In this document: positions 20,853 through 31,750 of the stretch, in pieces
Layout of the letters: every line of letters starts with the position of its first letter
How positions within the stretch are numbered: the stretch's first letter is position 1
IMG/VR virus record: IMGVR_UViG_3300023240_000015
DNA from: an uncultured virus (IMG/VR IMGVR_UViG_3300023240_000015)
Lineage: Duplodnaviria > Heunggongvirae > Uroviricota > Caudoviricetes
Strand: one strand, 5' to 3'
DNA: 64,000 bases
Notes under the pieces: model-generated
Database searches by the model: none
Seen by the model: only the letters and a program-made list of their open reading frames with translations
Told to the model about the DNA's origin: nothing
Translations under genes and position numbers: made by a program

Positions 20853-22283
20853 ATGAGTATTAAAAATGTAAAACCCGCAACCGGCTTTATTGACCGTTCA
20901 CGCGCACAACAGCTTGTAGAAAAGTGGGAACCTGTTCTCGATCATAGTTCTGACAAAGTTAGTCCTATTTCCAACGAACACACCCGCCTAAATACAGCTA
21001 TTCTCATGGAAAACCAAGAAAAATGGTGTTTGCAGGAGGCTGGTAATTCAGCCGCAACTGGTGGAGTCTTCGGATCTCACCAAGGAACTGCTGGCGCATT
21101 TTCTGGCGATAATTATGCTACGGGCGATGCTCGTCTACCAAAGGTATTAATACCAATGGTTCGACGTACGTTCCCAGAGTTGATTACCAATGAGATTGTC
21201 GGTGTTCAGCCAATGAGTGGTCCAGTCGGACTCGCATTCGCTCTCCGTTACCGCTATGAGGCTGATAGTTTAGGTGCCAATGGCATCGATGGTTATGCCA
21301 ATGGCAAAACCACCTACGGCGCAGGAATCGAAAGATCCGGTGCCGATGGAAAAGAACTAGGCTATCAAGACTTAGATACACGCTTTACTGGCACAAGCTC
21401 GCAAGCCCTAACAGGAAACGCGAATTTCAATATCCTCGAATCCGATCAAGGTGTTGCTGCGATCCTAAGTCAGTTTGAGCTAACTGGTAATATTCCTCAA
21501 GTAACCGTCGAATTCAGCAAAACCGCTGTCGAAGCTGGCACCCGCCGCCTTGCAGCGCGTTGGTCTGTTGAACTAGAGCAGGACTTGAAGAACATGAACG
21601 GTCTCGATATCGATTCTGAACTCACCAACGCAATGTCGTATGAGTTACAGGCCGAAATCGACCGTGAAATGGTTATCAGAATGATCCAAGTAGCCCTCAC
21701 AGCAGGTGCAGGAAATGGTTATAGCTTCTGGTATGCTGCTTCGGCTGACGCACGTTGGCTCGGAGAGAGAAACCGAGACTTCTATTCCAAGATCATTGTT
21801 GAAGCAAACCGTATCGCGATCCGTAACAGGCGTGGTGCTGCTAACTTCATCATCGCAACTCCTAGAGTTTGTGCGATTTTGGAAATGTTGCCTGAGTTTC
21901 AGTGGATGAGTGTGAATGGTAACGTGAATACACAACCTACTGGCATTGCCAAGGTTGGTAATCTCGGAGGCCGCTTCACAGTCTACCGCGACACCAGAAC
22001 TGACGCCCAGTTCCTATCCGGAGCGAGAGACGCTGCTCTTGAATACGCTTTACTAGGTTACAAAGGTGCAGAATATTACGACACTGGCATAGTTTATTGT
22101 CCTTATATTCCCGTAATGATTCAACGAACCATCGGTCCTAATGATTTCAGCCCAAGGGTTGGTCTTATGACTCGATATGGTGTTGTTGATTATATCTTCG
22201 GAGCATCCTTGTTCTATCATGTGATCCTTGTTCGCGGCCTCGGCCAAGAATTCTCGGCATCATCTGGAAGAGTATACCTCTAA
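20853..22283 (+). CDS. gp23: Major capsid protein
   Basis: KWEPVLD, MENQE, VGVQPMSGPVGLAFALR, ELEQDLK, AEIDRE, YCPYIP, TRYG. Confidence 0.97.
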   Translation: MSIKNVKPATGFIDRSRAQQLVEKWEPVLDHSSDKVSPISNEHTRLNTAILMENQEKWCLQEAGNSAATGGVFGSHQGTAGAFSGDNYATGDARLPKVLIPMVRRTFPELITNEIVGVQPMSGPVGLAFALRYRYEADSLGANGIDGYANGKTTYGAGIERSGADGKELGYQDLDTRFTGTSSQALTGNANFNILESDQGVAAILSQFELTGNIPQVTVEFSKTAVEAGTRRLAARWSVELEQDLKNMNGLDIDSELTNAMSYELQAEIDREMVIRMIQVALTAGAGNGYSFWYAASADARWLGERNRDFYSKIIVEANRIAIRNRRGAANFIIATPRVCAILEMLPEFQWMSVNGNVNTQPTGIAKVGNLGGRFTVYRDTRTDAQFLSGARDAALEYALLGYKGAEYYDTGIVYCPYIPVMIQRTIGPNDFSPRVGLMTRYGVVDYIFGASLFYHVILVRGLGQEFSASSGRVYL

Positions 22284-22309
22284 GCTTAGACAAGAACGAA
22301 TAAAGTCCC

Positions 22310-22349
22310 AGAAAGCCCACTATCGTAAGGTAGTGGGCTTTCTCATTTT
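22310..22349 (+). terminator. Intrinsic terminator after gp23
   Basis: AGAAAGCCCACTA-tcgtaagg-TAGTGGGCTTTCT followed by T-rich sequence. Confidence 0.8.
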
Positions 22350-22395
22350 AAAAAATAAATTTGATTTACGACACCGACAGTGTTAATTATATTAA

Positions 22396-23847
22396 ATGAA
22401 CGAAAATAAATATTGTAAATGTGGTTGTGGTGAACCCCTAAAAAATCACAAAAATACATATATTTTAGGACATTCGAACCGATCCAAAGAAGTTCAAGAT
22501 AAGAAGAAAATGGCATATATATCACGTTATGGTGTAGATAATCCATCCAAATCATGTGAAATAAAAATTAAAAAGGAAGAAACGAATCTTAAAAAATATG
22601 GTGTTCGATATGCTGCTCAAAATCTAGAAATCCAACAAAGAACGAAAGAAAATTTTATTGATAAATATGGAACCGATAATCCATCAAAAAATATAGAAAT
22701 TAGGAAGAAAATTTCGGAAGGGGTGAAAAAATCTCGACCACATGTTAAAGAGACTATTAAAAGAAAGTTGTTAGATAAATTTTATACGAAATTGAAAAAC
22801 TCAGATCGATTAAAATCGATAATTCCCCTTTTTGATATAACCGATTACGATGGGGTGCAGAACAAATATCCATTTAAATGTTCTATATGTAATAACGAAT
22901 TTACTAGTGATTTGGATGATGGAAAAATTCCGAGATGCTTCGTATGTTTACCAAAAATCGAAACTAAGGGACAGTCTATAATCGAAAACGAATTAATCCA
23001 GTATATAAAAAAATACGAACATAATATAATAGAGCAAGATAGAGAAATCATAAAACCGATGGAATTGGATGTTGTAATCCCAGATAAGAATATCGCAATT
23101 GAATTAGATGGTTTGTATTGGCACTCGGAAATGTCTGGAAAAAAATCCAAATTTTACCATTATCAAAAATCTAAATTAGCAGAAAATCTAGGTTATCGGT
23201 TAATCCATATATTTGAAGATGAATGGGTGAATAAACAAAAAATTGTGAAAACGAGACTTAAAAATATTTTAGGTCACTTCACAAGAAAAATTTATGCCAG
23301 AAAATGTATCATTAAGGAAATATCTAAAGATGTCAAAAATAAATTTTTACAAAAATATCATATACAGGGGAATGATAAATCGAATGTATTCATTGGCCTT
23401 TTTTATAAAAATCGTTTAGTATCGGTTATGACTTTTTCACCCAAACGGATAGCTCTCGGTTACAATCAAACAGAAAATGAATGGGAATTGGTAAGATTTT
23501 GTTCGGTTTCTAATTTCTCAATCATTGGTGCCGCATCGAAAATGTTAAAATTCTTTGAAAGAACAAGATCACCCAAAAAAATCATAACTTATGCTGATAA
23601 GCGATGGTCTAAAGGTAACGTATATATCAATATGGGATTTCAATCTATTGGATCGACCTTACCGGGATATTGGTATATTATTGGAAACGAACGAAAACAT
23701 AGATACGGCTATCGAAAAGATATCATCAAAAATAAATTAAAAATATATGATGAAACTTTAACCGAATGGGAGAATATGCAATTGAACGGACTCGATAGAA
23801 TATGGGATTGTGGACATCTTAAATTCGAGAAAATATTTCCAATTTAA
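22396..23847 (+). CDS. Free-standing homing endonuclease (Hef-like, PD-(D/E)xK)
   Basis: CKCGCG, KYGVDNPS repeats, ELDVVIP..IAIELDGLYWHS, IHIFEDEW, TYADKRWS, RIWDCG. Confidence 0.85.
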   Translation: MNENKYCKCGCGEPLKNHKNTYILGHSNRSKEVQDKKKMAYISRYGVDNPSKSCEIKIKKEETNLKKYGVRYAAQNLEIQQRTKENFIDKYGTDNPSKNIEIRKKISEGVKKSRPHVKETIKRKLLDKFYTKLKNSDRLKSIIPLFDITDYDGVQNKYPFKCSICNNEFTSDLDDGKIPRCFVCLPKIETKGQSIIENELIQYIKKYEHNIIEQDREIIKPMELDVVIPDKNIAIELDGLYWHSEMSGKKSKFYHYQKSKLAENLGYRLIHIFEDEWVNKQKIVKTRLKNILGHFTRKIYARKCIIKEISKDVKNKFLQKYHIQGNDKSNVFIGLFYKNRLVSVMTFSPKRIALGYNQTENEWELVRFCSVSNFSIIGAASKMLKFFERTRSPKKIITYADKRWSKGNVYINMGFQSIGSTLPGYWYIIGNERKHRYGYRKDIIKNKLKIYDETLTEWENMQLNGLDRIWDCGHLKFEKIFPI

Positions 23848-23854
23848 AAGATTG

Positions 23855-24343
23855 TTATCCAACATTAGCTTCGATAATATCATTATCTTCTAACTCGATT
23901 TTTTTAGGACCGTTCATCATTTTTATCGCATCGTCTCTAGAACCTACAAATATTTGGTTGTTTTGTTGACCCACCGAATTTCCAAGAAGTGGGTTCTTGT
24001 TACGACCTTCTGCTTCAATTTTTTTCATCTCGATGTTGTTTTTAGATTGTTTCTCTTGCAGATAAATCTTATTTAAATTATCTATCGATTTGGAAATGGT
24101 TGATATAAGTTGAGCATATGCGCTAATTTCTTTAGGATCTGCTGCTGTGGCTATCAATGTCTGCATACTTCGTATCGATGCCATACCTAATTCGATCATT
24201 TCGGCGGATCTGGTGTAAATATACACACCAACATTCTCATCGGTTAATTCGGGTATTGTAATTTTTGTAGGAAACTCATGCGAAGGGGCAGCACCAGCCT
24301 TTAATTCAGCTACAATATCATCAATTTCGGAATTTTCTTGCAT
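23855..24343 (-). CDS. Terminase small subunit-like protein
   Basis: Helical core and NNQIFVGSRDD motif typical of T4-like small terminases. Confidence 0.6.
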   Translation of the reverse strand: MQENSEIDDIVAELKAGAAPSHEFPTKITIPELTDENVGVYIYTRSAEMIELGMASIRSMQTLIATAADPKEISAYAQLISTISKSIDNLNKIYLQEKQSKNNIEMKKIEAEGRNKNPLLGNSVGQQNNQIFVGSRDDAIKMMNGPKKIELEDNDIIEANVG

Positions 24344-24430
24344 ATATTAAATATTTATCTTATACTATACATTTATCACCTTTAGATATATTTTATTGAT
24401 ATTTGAAAATAGTTGATAAATAGTTTTAAT

Positions 24431-24595
24431 ATGACAACGGTAATTATACAAGGCTACGGCCAATATCAGATATCTACAGAACATGTTCAATCTCTTTTAA
24501 ATTGGTTGGCTCAAAATAGCGGTGTTAGAACACAGACAAATGAGCAAAACATGGTTCCCCCACAATTTGCGGGAAAAGACTTGATAAATGGTTAA
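24431..24595 (+). CDS. Small hypothetical protein
   Basis: ATG at 24431 downstream of ATAAATA. Confidence 0.6.
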   Translation: MTTVIIQGYGQYQISTEHVQSLLNWLAQNSGVRTQTNEQNMVPPQFAGKDLING

Positions 24596-24614
24596 TATAT
24601 GATACATTCATCCA

Positions 24615-25541
24615 ATGAATCATTATGATAAACTTTGGGTTGAAAAGTGGAGACCGACTAAAATTGATGAAATTGTTCTGACTGATGATGTTAGAACCCA
24701 TCTAGAAAGACTATCCACGGATATCCCACATTTGCTTTTTCATGGTAGAGCGGGGATAGGAAAGACTACAACAGCCAAAGTGCTCATAAAGGCAGTTTTG
24801 GGATGCCAATCGCTATATATCAATGCTAGTGATGAGAGTGGTATTGATGCCATTCGGACTAAGGTTATGACATTTGCTCAAACGAGGTCATTTGATGGAC
24901 AAAGAAAAGTGATTTTACTCGACGAATGTGATGGTATGTCACCAACAGCGATGCGAGGACTTCGAAGTGTGATGGAGGAATATAATGAAACGACTCGTTT
25001 TATCCTCACCGCAAACCAATTTTCAAAAATCATCGAACCCATCAGGTCCAGATGCATCATTTTCAATCTAAAACCAGATTTAAAGGGGTGTATTCAACGA
25101 TGTATTAAGATATTAAAAGAGGAAAACATCGATATTGGTGATAATCTACCGGAACTGATCAATTTTGTCAAGGATAGATTCCCCGATATGCGAAGAACCA
25201 TCAACGATCTTCAAATGTCATCAGTGACAGGAAAATTGGTTCTGGTAAAAGGAGATATAGCCGATAATTTTACAAAAATTCTATGGACACAACTCAAAAC
25301 ATGTGATAGTGTGTTAAAACTCCGAAAATGCATAATCCAAGGCGAATCTGAGTTTAATTCGGATTATCAAAACCTATATAAATCTCTTTTTAACATCATT
25401 TACGATGATCCCATCGCAGATGCCAAGAAAAAAGAACTATTATTGGAATTGGGTGAGTTTACCTATCGAGACAATTTCGTAATTGACCATGAAATCAACT
25501 TTTACTGCTTTCTTATCAGTGCAGAGAAAATTTTGAAATGA
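24615..25541 (+). CDS. gp44: Clamp loader large subunit (RFC-like)
   Basis: WVEKWRP, GRAGIGKTT, INASDE, LDECD, IRSRC. Confidence 0.92.
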   Translation: MNHYDKLWVEKWRPTKIDEIVLTDDVRTHLERLSTDIPHLLFHGRAGIGKTTTAKVLIKAVLGCQSLYINASDESGIDAIRTKVMTFAQTRSFDGQRKVILLDECDGMSPTAMRGLRSVMEEYNETTRFILTANQFSKIIEPIRSRCIIFNLKPDLKGCIQRCIKILKEENIDIGDNLPELINFVKDRFPDMRRTINDLQMSSVTGKLVLVKGDIADNFTKILWTQLKTCDSVLKLRKCIIQGESEFNSDYQNLYKSLFNIIYDDPIADAKKKELLLELGEFTYRDNFVIDHEINFYCFLISAEKILK

Positions 25542-25543
25542 TC

Positions 25544-26116
25544 TTATCGGAGCTTGGTGTTCTTAGTAGGCAGAGATCGAGTCGTCGGAGAATTTCCTAG
25601 ACCAACAAATTGAGTATCATTTACAGGGGTTGGTTTCCCTCTTTCAGAGTCTGGGTAAGAATAAGGATTTTCAGGACTCAATATCGGCGGAAGATCGTTT
25701 CCAAAATCGATAATTTCGATATGACGAAGATCGTTACCCGAAAGCATAAATTTATATGATGGATCATCTTTATAAGCAACCGAAATAACACCAAATTCCT
25801 TGTTATTAGAGTTTAGATCGTTCGCGCTTTTAACATTAGGACCAACAGTGGTTCTATTATCTGTTCGGACTTTGAAAAAATGCTGAACACCTTTTTCAAA
25901 CTTTGTATTGTTTAAAACCTTTAATCTATCCAACTGTTCGGATGGGATATTCTCGATACTTTCAGATTTTGAGAAAAAACTAGGTTTTAGACGGATATTA
26001 GAACCGATTTTCAACCCATTCGAATAAACTTTCGAATCTATGGCGTTTTCTTCTTTGACGATTTTCCCCAAAGCCGATTCGTAAACCGAATTAAATTTAT
26101 TGAACTTATTAATCAT
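25544..26116 (-). CDS. Hypothetical protein
   Basis: 190-aa ORF; N-terminus KFNSVYES. Confidence 0.7.
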   Translation of the reverse strand: MINKFNKFNSVYESALGKIVKEENAIDSKVYSNGLKIGSNIRLKPSFFSKSESIENIPSEQLDRLKVLNNTKFEKGVQHFFKVRTDNRTTVGPNVKSANDLNSNNKEFGVISVAYKDDPSYKFMLSGNDLRHIEIIDFGNDLPPILSPENPYSYPDSERGKPTPVNDTQFVGLGNSPTTRSLPTKNTKLR

Positions 26117-26143
26117 ATGTTTGTAATAAATACTTATACAAGC

Positions 26144-26650
26144 ATGGCAACAATTCGATTAAACACAATTACAAAGCCTAGAGAGGTCAATAAAACCAGA
26201 GAAACTGTAATTACTGGGACCACTAAAGACGCCCACGTATACACAGATATTCATCTAGATTTAGAACTACAAAAAAATGTTGGTATGGGCGCACATCCAA
26301 AATCTTCTGGTGATATAAAGGTTGATAACGATTATGACGCCATTAAAAACTCAATTAGAAATATATTTAATACTCGAAAAGGTCAAAAATTGCTAACTCC
26401 CGAGTTTGGGTCGTCACTAGATCAGTTTTTATTTGAACGTGTTGATGATTTTGTTGCTAATGTAATAGGAAATACGATCCTCACAAATTTACAGATGTTC
26501 GAACCTCGTATTGGGGTTGACAAGGTGCAAGTTAGACCAAAACCAGATGATAATCGTTATGATATACTGGTCCACTACCGCTTTTTAAAACTTAAAACTA
26601 AACATGTGGTGAATTTATCGGTAACTAATAACGGACAAATTATTGTCTAA
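26144..26650 (+). CDS. gp25: Baseplate wedge subunit (gp25-like)
   Basis: AIKNSIRNIFNTRKGQ...PEFGS...FEPRI. Confidence 0.88.
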   Translation: MATIRLNTITKPREVNKTRETVITGTTKDAHVYTDIHLDLELQKNVGMGAHPKSSGDIKVDNDYDAIKNSIRNIFNTRKGQKLLTPEFGSSLDQFLFERVDDFVANVIGNTILTNLQMFEPRIGVDKVQVRPKPDDNRYDILVHYRFLKLKTKHVVNLSVTNNGQIIV

Positions 26651-26664
26651 GGGTAAATATTTAT

Positions 26665-28452
26665 ATGGCTGATAATTTATTAAACAAAAATTCATATTTA
26701 ACATTTGATGGTACGAGTCTTAGAGATGTTATAGTTGATAGATTGAATAAAGACGGTGTATTTACCGATCAAAATTATCAAGGGTCCAATCTTTCTGCAC
26801 TGATTGATGTGATTTCATATTCATATTCAACACTTTTATATTACCTAAACAAAACCTCATCCGAGAGTATGTTTTCAGAAGCACAGTTATATGAAAACAT
26901 GAACAGAATTATAAAAGTGTTGAACTATAAACCAATCGGAAAGGTTGGACAAAGTGCTCCTATAAAAATAACAACTAACACTTTAAATAGTGGAAATTAC
27001 ACAATTCCTAGATACACCTACATGTTAGTAGGTAATACACCATTTTCTTTCACGGAAGATGTGTCATTCACAAAGGTATTAAATGGCGAAGAATCCATAA
27101 CTGATTTAGATAATAAACATGTATTAAAACAAGGACTTTACACGGAATATCCGATATATACAGCAACCGGAGTTGATAACGAGGTTGTTTATATTTCAAC
27201 AAATGATAATGCCGTAGATCATTTTGGTATAGATGTTTATGTAAAACCTGAAAACTCAACAAACTGGAGCAAGTGGGAAAGAGTTAATGAATTATTTACC
27301 AAAACAACTTCGGATAAATGTTACGAAGTTCGATATAATCAAAATAAAAATTACGAAATCAAATTTGGCGATGACATCAACGGAAAAAGGATTAACACTA
27401 ATGATTTGGTGTATATCGTGTATCTTAAAATAAATATAAACTCTAGCAACATCGGACCGAACTCTTTGTTGGATAGTTATTTAATTGCATACAACACAAA
27501 TAGTTTTTCTAATGTGCTCGATGACACAAAAACTAATTTTGGGACATATCTATCTAACGATTCTTTGAGATATGTGATATTGGATAATGAATTCACATCA
27601 TCCGATTACACCGAAGAAGAAAGTGTTGACAGTATTAGAAAAAATGCCCCAAAAGTGTTCAGAACCCAAAACAGATTAGTCACTTCCTCCGATTTCGACA
27701 CATATATTAGGAATAATTTTTCTAACATTTTAACAGATTTGCAAGTGTTGAATAATAACGAATATTTAGAATCGCATATCAAATATCTATACGATATTGG
27801 GTTAGATACTCCACAGTTAGAAAAATCGATTTTATATAACCAAATAAACTTTGCAACAAGTTGTAATTTCAACAATGTATATATTTATATGGTTCCTAAA
27901 AATACAAATCTGGAATATTTAACAACCAGTCAGAAATCTATTATATTAAATTCTTTGGATGGTATTAAAATTTTAACATCTAACGTTGTTCCAGCCGATC
28001 CGGTATACATGTATATTGATTTTTATCTACCGACAACCAAAACATCTGTAACCGATTTAGGCAATACTAAGATATATGTATATAAAAAAAATAACACACG
28101 ACGAGCATCATCTGCTATTCAATCAGACATTGTAAAAACCTTTAAAACATTTTTTTCTCGCTCTGGAAACACTTTGGGTCAGAAAATAAATATATACGAA
28201 TTAAATTCAACTCTTTTAAATATAGATGGTGTTGAATCTATCAAAACAACCAGAACCGACTCCGATGTTCAAATTGACGGTATATCATTTATGATATGGA
28301 ATTCTGTATACCCAGAATTAGATGCCAAAACTTATAGTCAAAATGTAAACTTGGAATTATTCCAATTTCCTATTTTTAATGATATTGATAATATATCAGA
28401 TCGTATTAATGTTGTTGAAAATACCGGATTCATTAAATCATCTGAATTTTAA
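26665..28452 (+). CDS. gp6: Baseplate wedge subunit (gp6-like)
   Basis: FTDQNYQGSNLS, IKFGDDINGK, ESVDSIRKNAP, QNRLVT..D. Confidence 0.88.
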   Translation: MADNLLNKNSYLTFDGTSLRDVIVDRLNKDGVFTDQNYQGSNLSALIDVISYSYSTLLYYLNKTSSESMFSEAQLYENMNRIIKVLNYKPIGKVGQSAPIKITTNTLNSGNYTIPRYTYMLVGNTPFSFTEDVSFTKVLNGEESITDLDNKHVLKQGLYTEYPIYTATGVDNEVVYISTNDNAVDHFGIDVYVKPENSTNWSKWERVNELFTKTTSDKCYEVRYNQNKNYEIKFGDDINGKRINTNDLVYIVYLKININSSNIGPNSLLDSYLIAYNTNSFSNVLDDTKTNFGTYLSNDSLRYVILDNEFTSSDYTEEESVDSIRKNAPKVFRTQNRLVTSSDFDTYIRNNFSNILTDLQVLNNNEYLESHIKYLYDIGLDTPQLEKSILYNQINFATSCNFNNVYIYMVPKNTNLEYLTTSQKSIILNSLDGIKILTSNVVPADPVYMYIDFYLPTTKTSVTDLGNTKIYVYKKNNTRRASSAIQSDIVKTFKTFFSRSGNTLGQKINIYELNSTLLNIDGVESIKTTRTDSDVQIDGISFMIWNSVYPELDAKTYSQNVNLELFQFPIFNDIDNISDRINVVENTGFIKSSEF

Positions 28453-28455
28453 TCG

Positions 28456-31400
28456 ATGGATATTAATTTCAATATAGACAAAGTAAGGGGTTATGAGAAG
28501 GCAACCGAATTTTTCTTCTCCGTATCTCCTACTCCTTTGAGTGCTGTATTATCCGTCAATTATATTTTTGATGATGGTAAATGGTTCACAGGATTTTCGG
28601 CGAGTCATAGATATCAACATGAGGGAGTTTATAACCCGATAGTTTTTGTATATACTAATACAGGAATCGTATCGGCAACAAAAACAATCCAAATCAACCC
28701 ATATATAGATGAGTCTATCCGGTTTGATTTTGTTCCACCACCAGCATTCGCTGGTCATTATAACCGATATCCTTTCAAAATCAACATTACATCAAAAACC
28801 ACGGAAGATCATTTTATCGATCTGTCAACAATGTTTTCTAGATCATACAAACATCAAGAGATAGAATCTAAGTGGGGGTTTTTACGACCAGAATGGAGAT
28901 TTTTAGATCTTGCTGGAAACATCATAGATAGCATTAAAACAACCGACACAATTTTAAAAATTGATGATTATGGTAACCAAGTTTCTGATGGTACGGTTGT
29001 TGGTGTTTCTGGATCGGCAGAATTTTACTTTATTGATGATATATACAATTTTGATTTGTCTATAGCAAAGGATCAGTTCACAACTCTTATAGCCACACTT
29101 CGATCTGATAAAGTTCCTACCAAGGATGATTATGTAAAAACCGGATTGTCTGTTTATGGGTATTCAAATAGTAATAGTGTTGCGATATTCCCATACAACA
29201 TTCAACCACGGCCTCCGGAAAAACTTAAAATTACCGAGAATGGAATATCTTACCATGTCAACCCAAAATGGGTTGATGTTCATACCCCGGTAATTGTTAA
29301 TTCTATACCATCTAAGGATTTCACCGATGAGTGGATTGATGGAAATGGTGCATCTCAATTATATCGACCACTGGAATATTTTATCAAAGATATTCCGATT
29401 ATTGATATAAAAATTCCTATAATTGTTCAAGTTTCTAATATCAATACAGTCTTTACACCATCCGATACTAGTTTAAATTTATATGATGCCACTAGGTATA
29501 AAATTCCGGGTTATTATAAAGGACAATTTGATACTAATTCATTATCAGGAACAAATTGTTTCATCACGGCATCAGCAGATATTCCAATACCTACATTGAG
29601 TAGTTTATATGTATATCCTATTTTATGGGTTTCCAATCCAGAATCAAAAACATTACACACCGCTCAATATTTCTATCAGGCTAACCTATCGGCTGTATCT
29701 GGGTTAAACATGAATAAGGCACAGACGTTCGCGTTTGACATACCAGTAGTCGAATCATCTGATTATACTAACCTTTCTATGGCCGTAACAGGCTTCCACG
29801 GCGTTTATAGCATGGCAGTGACCCCATTCCCTGATTATCATGTTTGGGCGGCAGATTCTGAGAAAAATTACATCTACAAATACTCTACACATGGGGACAT
29901 GTTGTGCTCTATCAACCTAAACGATGTCGTATCAAAAAACAATCTTGGGTGGTTGGTCGATAAACAAGTATCACCAGCATCTATGGTTCTGGATAGCGAT
30001 AAAAATATATGGGTTACTTTATACGATACAGTTTCTACCTTAAAATTTGACAGTATAGGAAACTTTCTATTCGCCGTAACCCCATTATCACAAACTGGTT
30101 ATGCCATACCTCCCAACATCAATCCGATTTGGTTTTCCGATACACAAGTGAACAATTCATCCCCTAATGAGTCGGGCGATAATAATTTCATAGAGCCTAC
30201 CGGAATCGATAGTGATTTTGATGATAATGTATGGGTTACCTATTCGTATTTTGCTAGTGGATTCCTTATCAAATATTCTAAACTGGGCGCATTGCTAAAC
30301 ACAATCAGCTTTCCAACTTGCGCATGTCCACAAGAAGTTGTTTGCGATAAATATGATAACGTTTGGACATTGCACAGTGACTTAATTTGGGGAGATTTTG
30401 GAAAAGTTGAAAAGAGAAATTCTAACGGGACTCTTTTAAGTTCTTTTGGAGGAATCCGACAACCCAACCACGCAACTATCGATGCTCAACAGAATTTTTG
30501 GTTTACTTTCGATTATGATAAAGTGGGTAAAATTGATAATCAAAACTCATCCTTCACGGTTATAAATCTTTCTTCTCGTGATGTATATCCATATACTCCT
30601 GATTATTGGTTCGATAAAAATAAAAATACCGACGACACGGTATTTAACGGTATTTGTACAGATTATCGTGGATTTGTATACGTTATTAATAGCATCGAAA
30701 ATCAAATATATGTCTTAGACCAAATAACTTCTGAATATAAGGATAGATTCACCATAAACCCCCAAGGTATGGGTTATTATATTGGAGAGTCCTTCGGACC
30801 AACCTACACCGAATACAACCCTATTGGCAAATCTTTACAAGCTCAGGGTGACTGGTCTGGGTTTAGATGGATCAATAAATATGGTGCAGAGAAATTGTCA
30901 TATTTTAACAGCACATCATCCGTCAAGGTTGCTGGAGAATCTATATCATTAAATTATTATAACGATAATCCATATTCGGTTTTTAAAATCAATGAAGATT
31001 TTGATATGGCTGGCTATATGAAATCTATGGCATTCATCCCTACGTTGAACAATGGCGAATTTTTATTCGACGATTTCTTAACTAGTATATTTGGTAAATC
31101 CGATGATCTAGATGGACTGGGGCTAAATTCTTACGAACGAATTGCAAATTTCTTATACAACAAAACTGATATTGATACATGCAACGTAGATTCTTTATAT
31201 GATCTTTCCGGTTTGGTCGATATTAACACAGATGATTTTCGATTGAATTATCCAAGCAATATCAAAAGATTGATTGATTTGGCAAGCATCAATGAAAGCA
31301 TTTTATGGGGATCTCTAACAGATCTAGAATTGGATATTCCAAAATTGATTAGAAATTCAGATCCCATCAACACGACAACTTATATGGTTACTGCGGGTGA

Positions 31401-31728
31401 CTTGATGATTCTCAAAACTAAACCCCTAAATCAGTATCGCGTATTACCAACTGGTCCGATATATGGTGACACTGTTTATAGCATCCAATTATTAGCAACA
31501 TCCATAGGACTAGATGCCGATTATTGGAGGGGTAGTTACGAATTTTTTCCGGCAATTGATTGTTGGAAAAATCAAAGTTATACTAGTAATATTATAGACT
31601 GGAATAATCCCAACACCAATATATCACCCGTATTATCATCGGTTGGTCCTAAATGGTTAGGTGATCAGGGTATTTTGGAAACTATGTTGTCTTATCATTT
31701 GTTTAAGGGACTGGATTATCTATCCTAA
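28456..31728 (+). CDS. Large virion structural protein (PKD-like and beta-propeller repeats)
   Basis: 1090 aa; repeated D..DNVWV units; baseplate cluster. Confidence 0.7.
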   Translation: MDINFNIDKVRGYEKATEFFFSVSPTPLSAVLSVNYIFDDGKWFTGFSASHRYQHEGVYNPIVFVYTNTGIVSATKTIQINPYIDESIRFDFVPPPAFAGHYNRYPFKINITSKTTEDHFIDLSTMFSRSYKHQEIESKWGFLRPEWRFLDLAGNIIDSIKTTDTILKIDDYGNQVSDGTVVGVSGSAEFYFIDDIYNFDLSIAKDQFTTLIATLRSDKVPTKDDYVKTGLSVYGYSNSNSVAIFPYNIQPRPPEKLKITENGISYHVNPKWVDVHTPVIVNSIPSKDFTDEWIDGNGASQLYRPLEYFIKDIPIIDIKIPIIVQVSNINTVFTPSDTSLNLYDATRYKIPGYYKGQFDTNSLSGTNCFITASADIPIPTLSSLYVYPILWVSNPESKTLHTAQYFYQANLSAVSGLNMNKAQTFAFDIPVVESSDYTNLSMAVTGFHGVYSMAVTPFPDYHVWAADSEKNYIYKYSTHGDMLCSINLNDVVSKNNLGWLVDKQVSPASMVLDSDKNIWVTLYDTVSTLKFDSIGNFLFAVTPLSQTGYAIPPNINPIWFSDTQVNNSSPNESGDNNFIEPTGIDSDFDDNVWVTYSYFASGFLIKYSKLGALLNTISFPTCACPQEVVCDKYDNVWTLHSDLIWGDFGKVEKRNSNGTLLSSFGGIRQPNHATIDAQQNFWFTFDYDKVGKIDNQNSSFTVINLSSRDVYPYTPDYWFDKNKNTDDTVFNGICTDYRGFVYVINSIENQIYVLDQITSEYKDRFTINPQGMGYYIGESFGPTYTEYNPIGKSLQAQGDWSGFRWINKYGAEKLSYFNSTSSVKVAGESISLNYYNDNPYSVFKINEDFDMAGYMKSMAFIPTLNNGEFLFDDFLTSIFGKSDDLDGLGLNSYERIANFLYNKTDIDTCNVDSLYDLSGLVDINTDDFRLNYPSNIKRLIDLASINESILWGSLTDLELDIPKLIRNSDPINTTTYMVTAGDLMILKTKPLNQYRVLPTGPIYGDTVYSIQLLATSIGLDADYWRGSYEFFPAIDCWKNQSYTSNIIDWNNPNTNISPVLSSVGPKWLGDQGILETMLSYHLFKGLDYLS

Positions 31729-31750
31729 CAAATAAGTAATTATATAACAA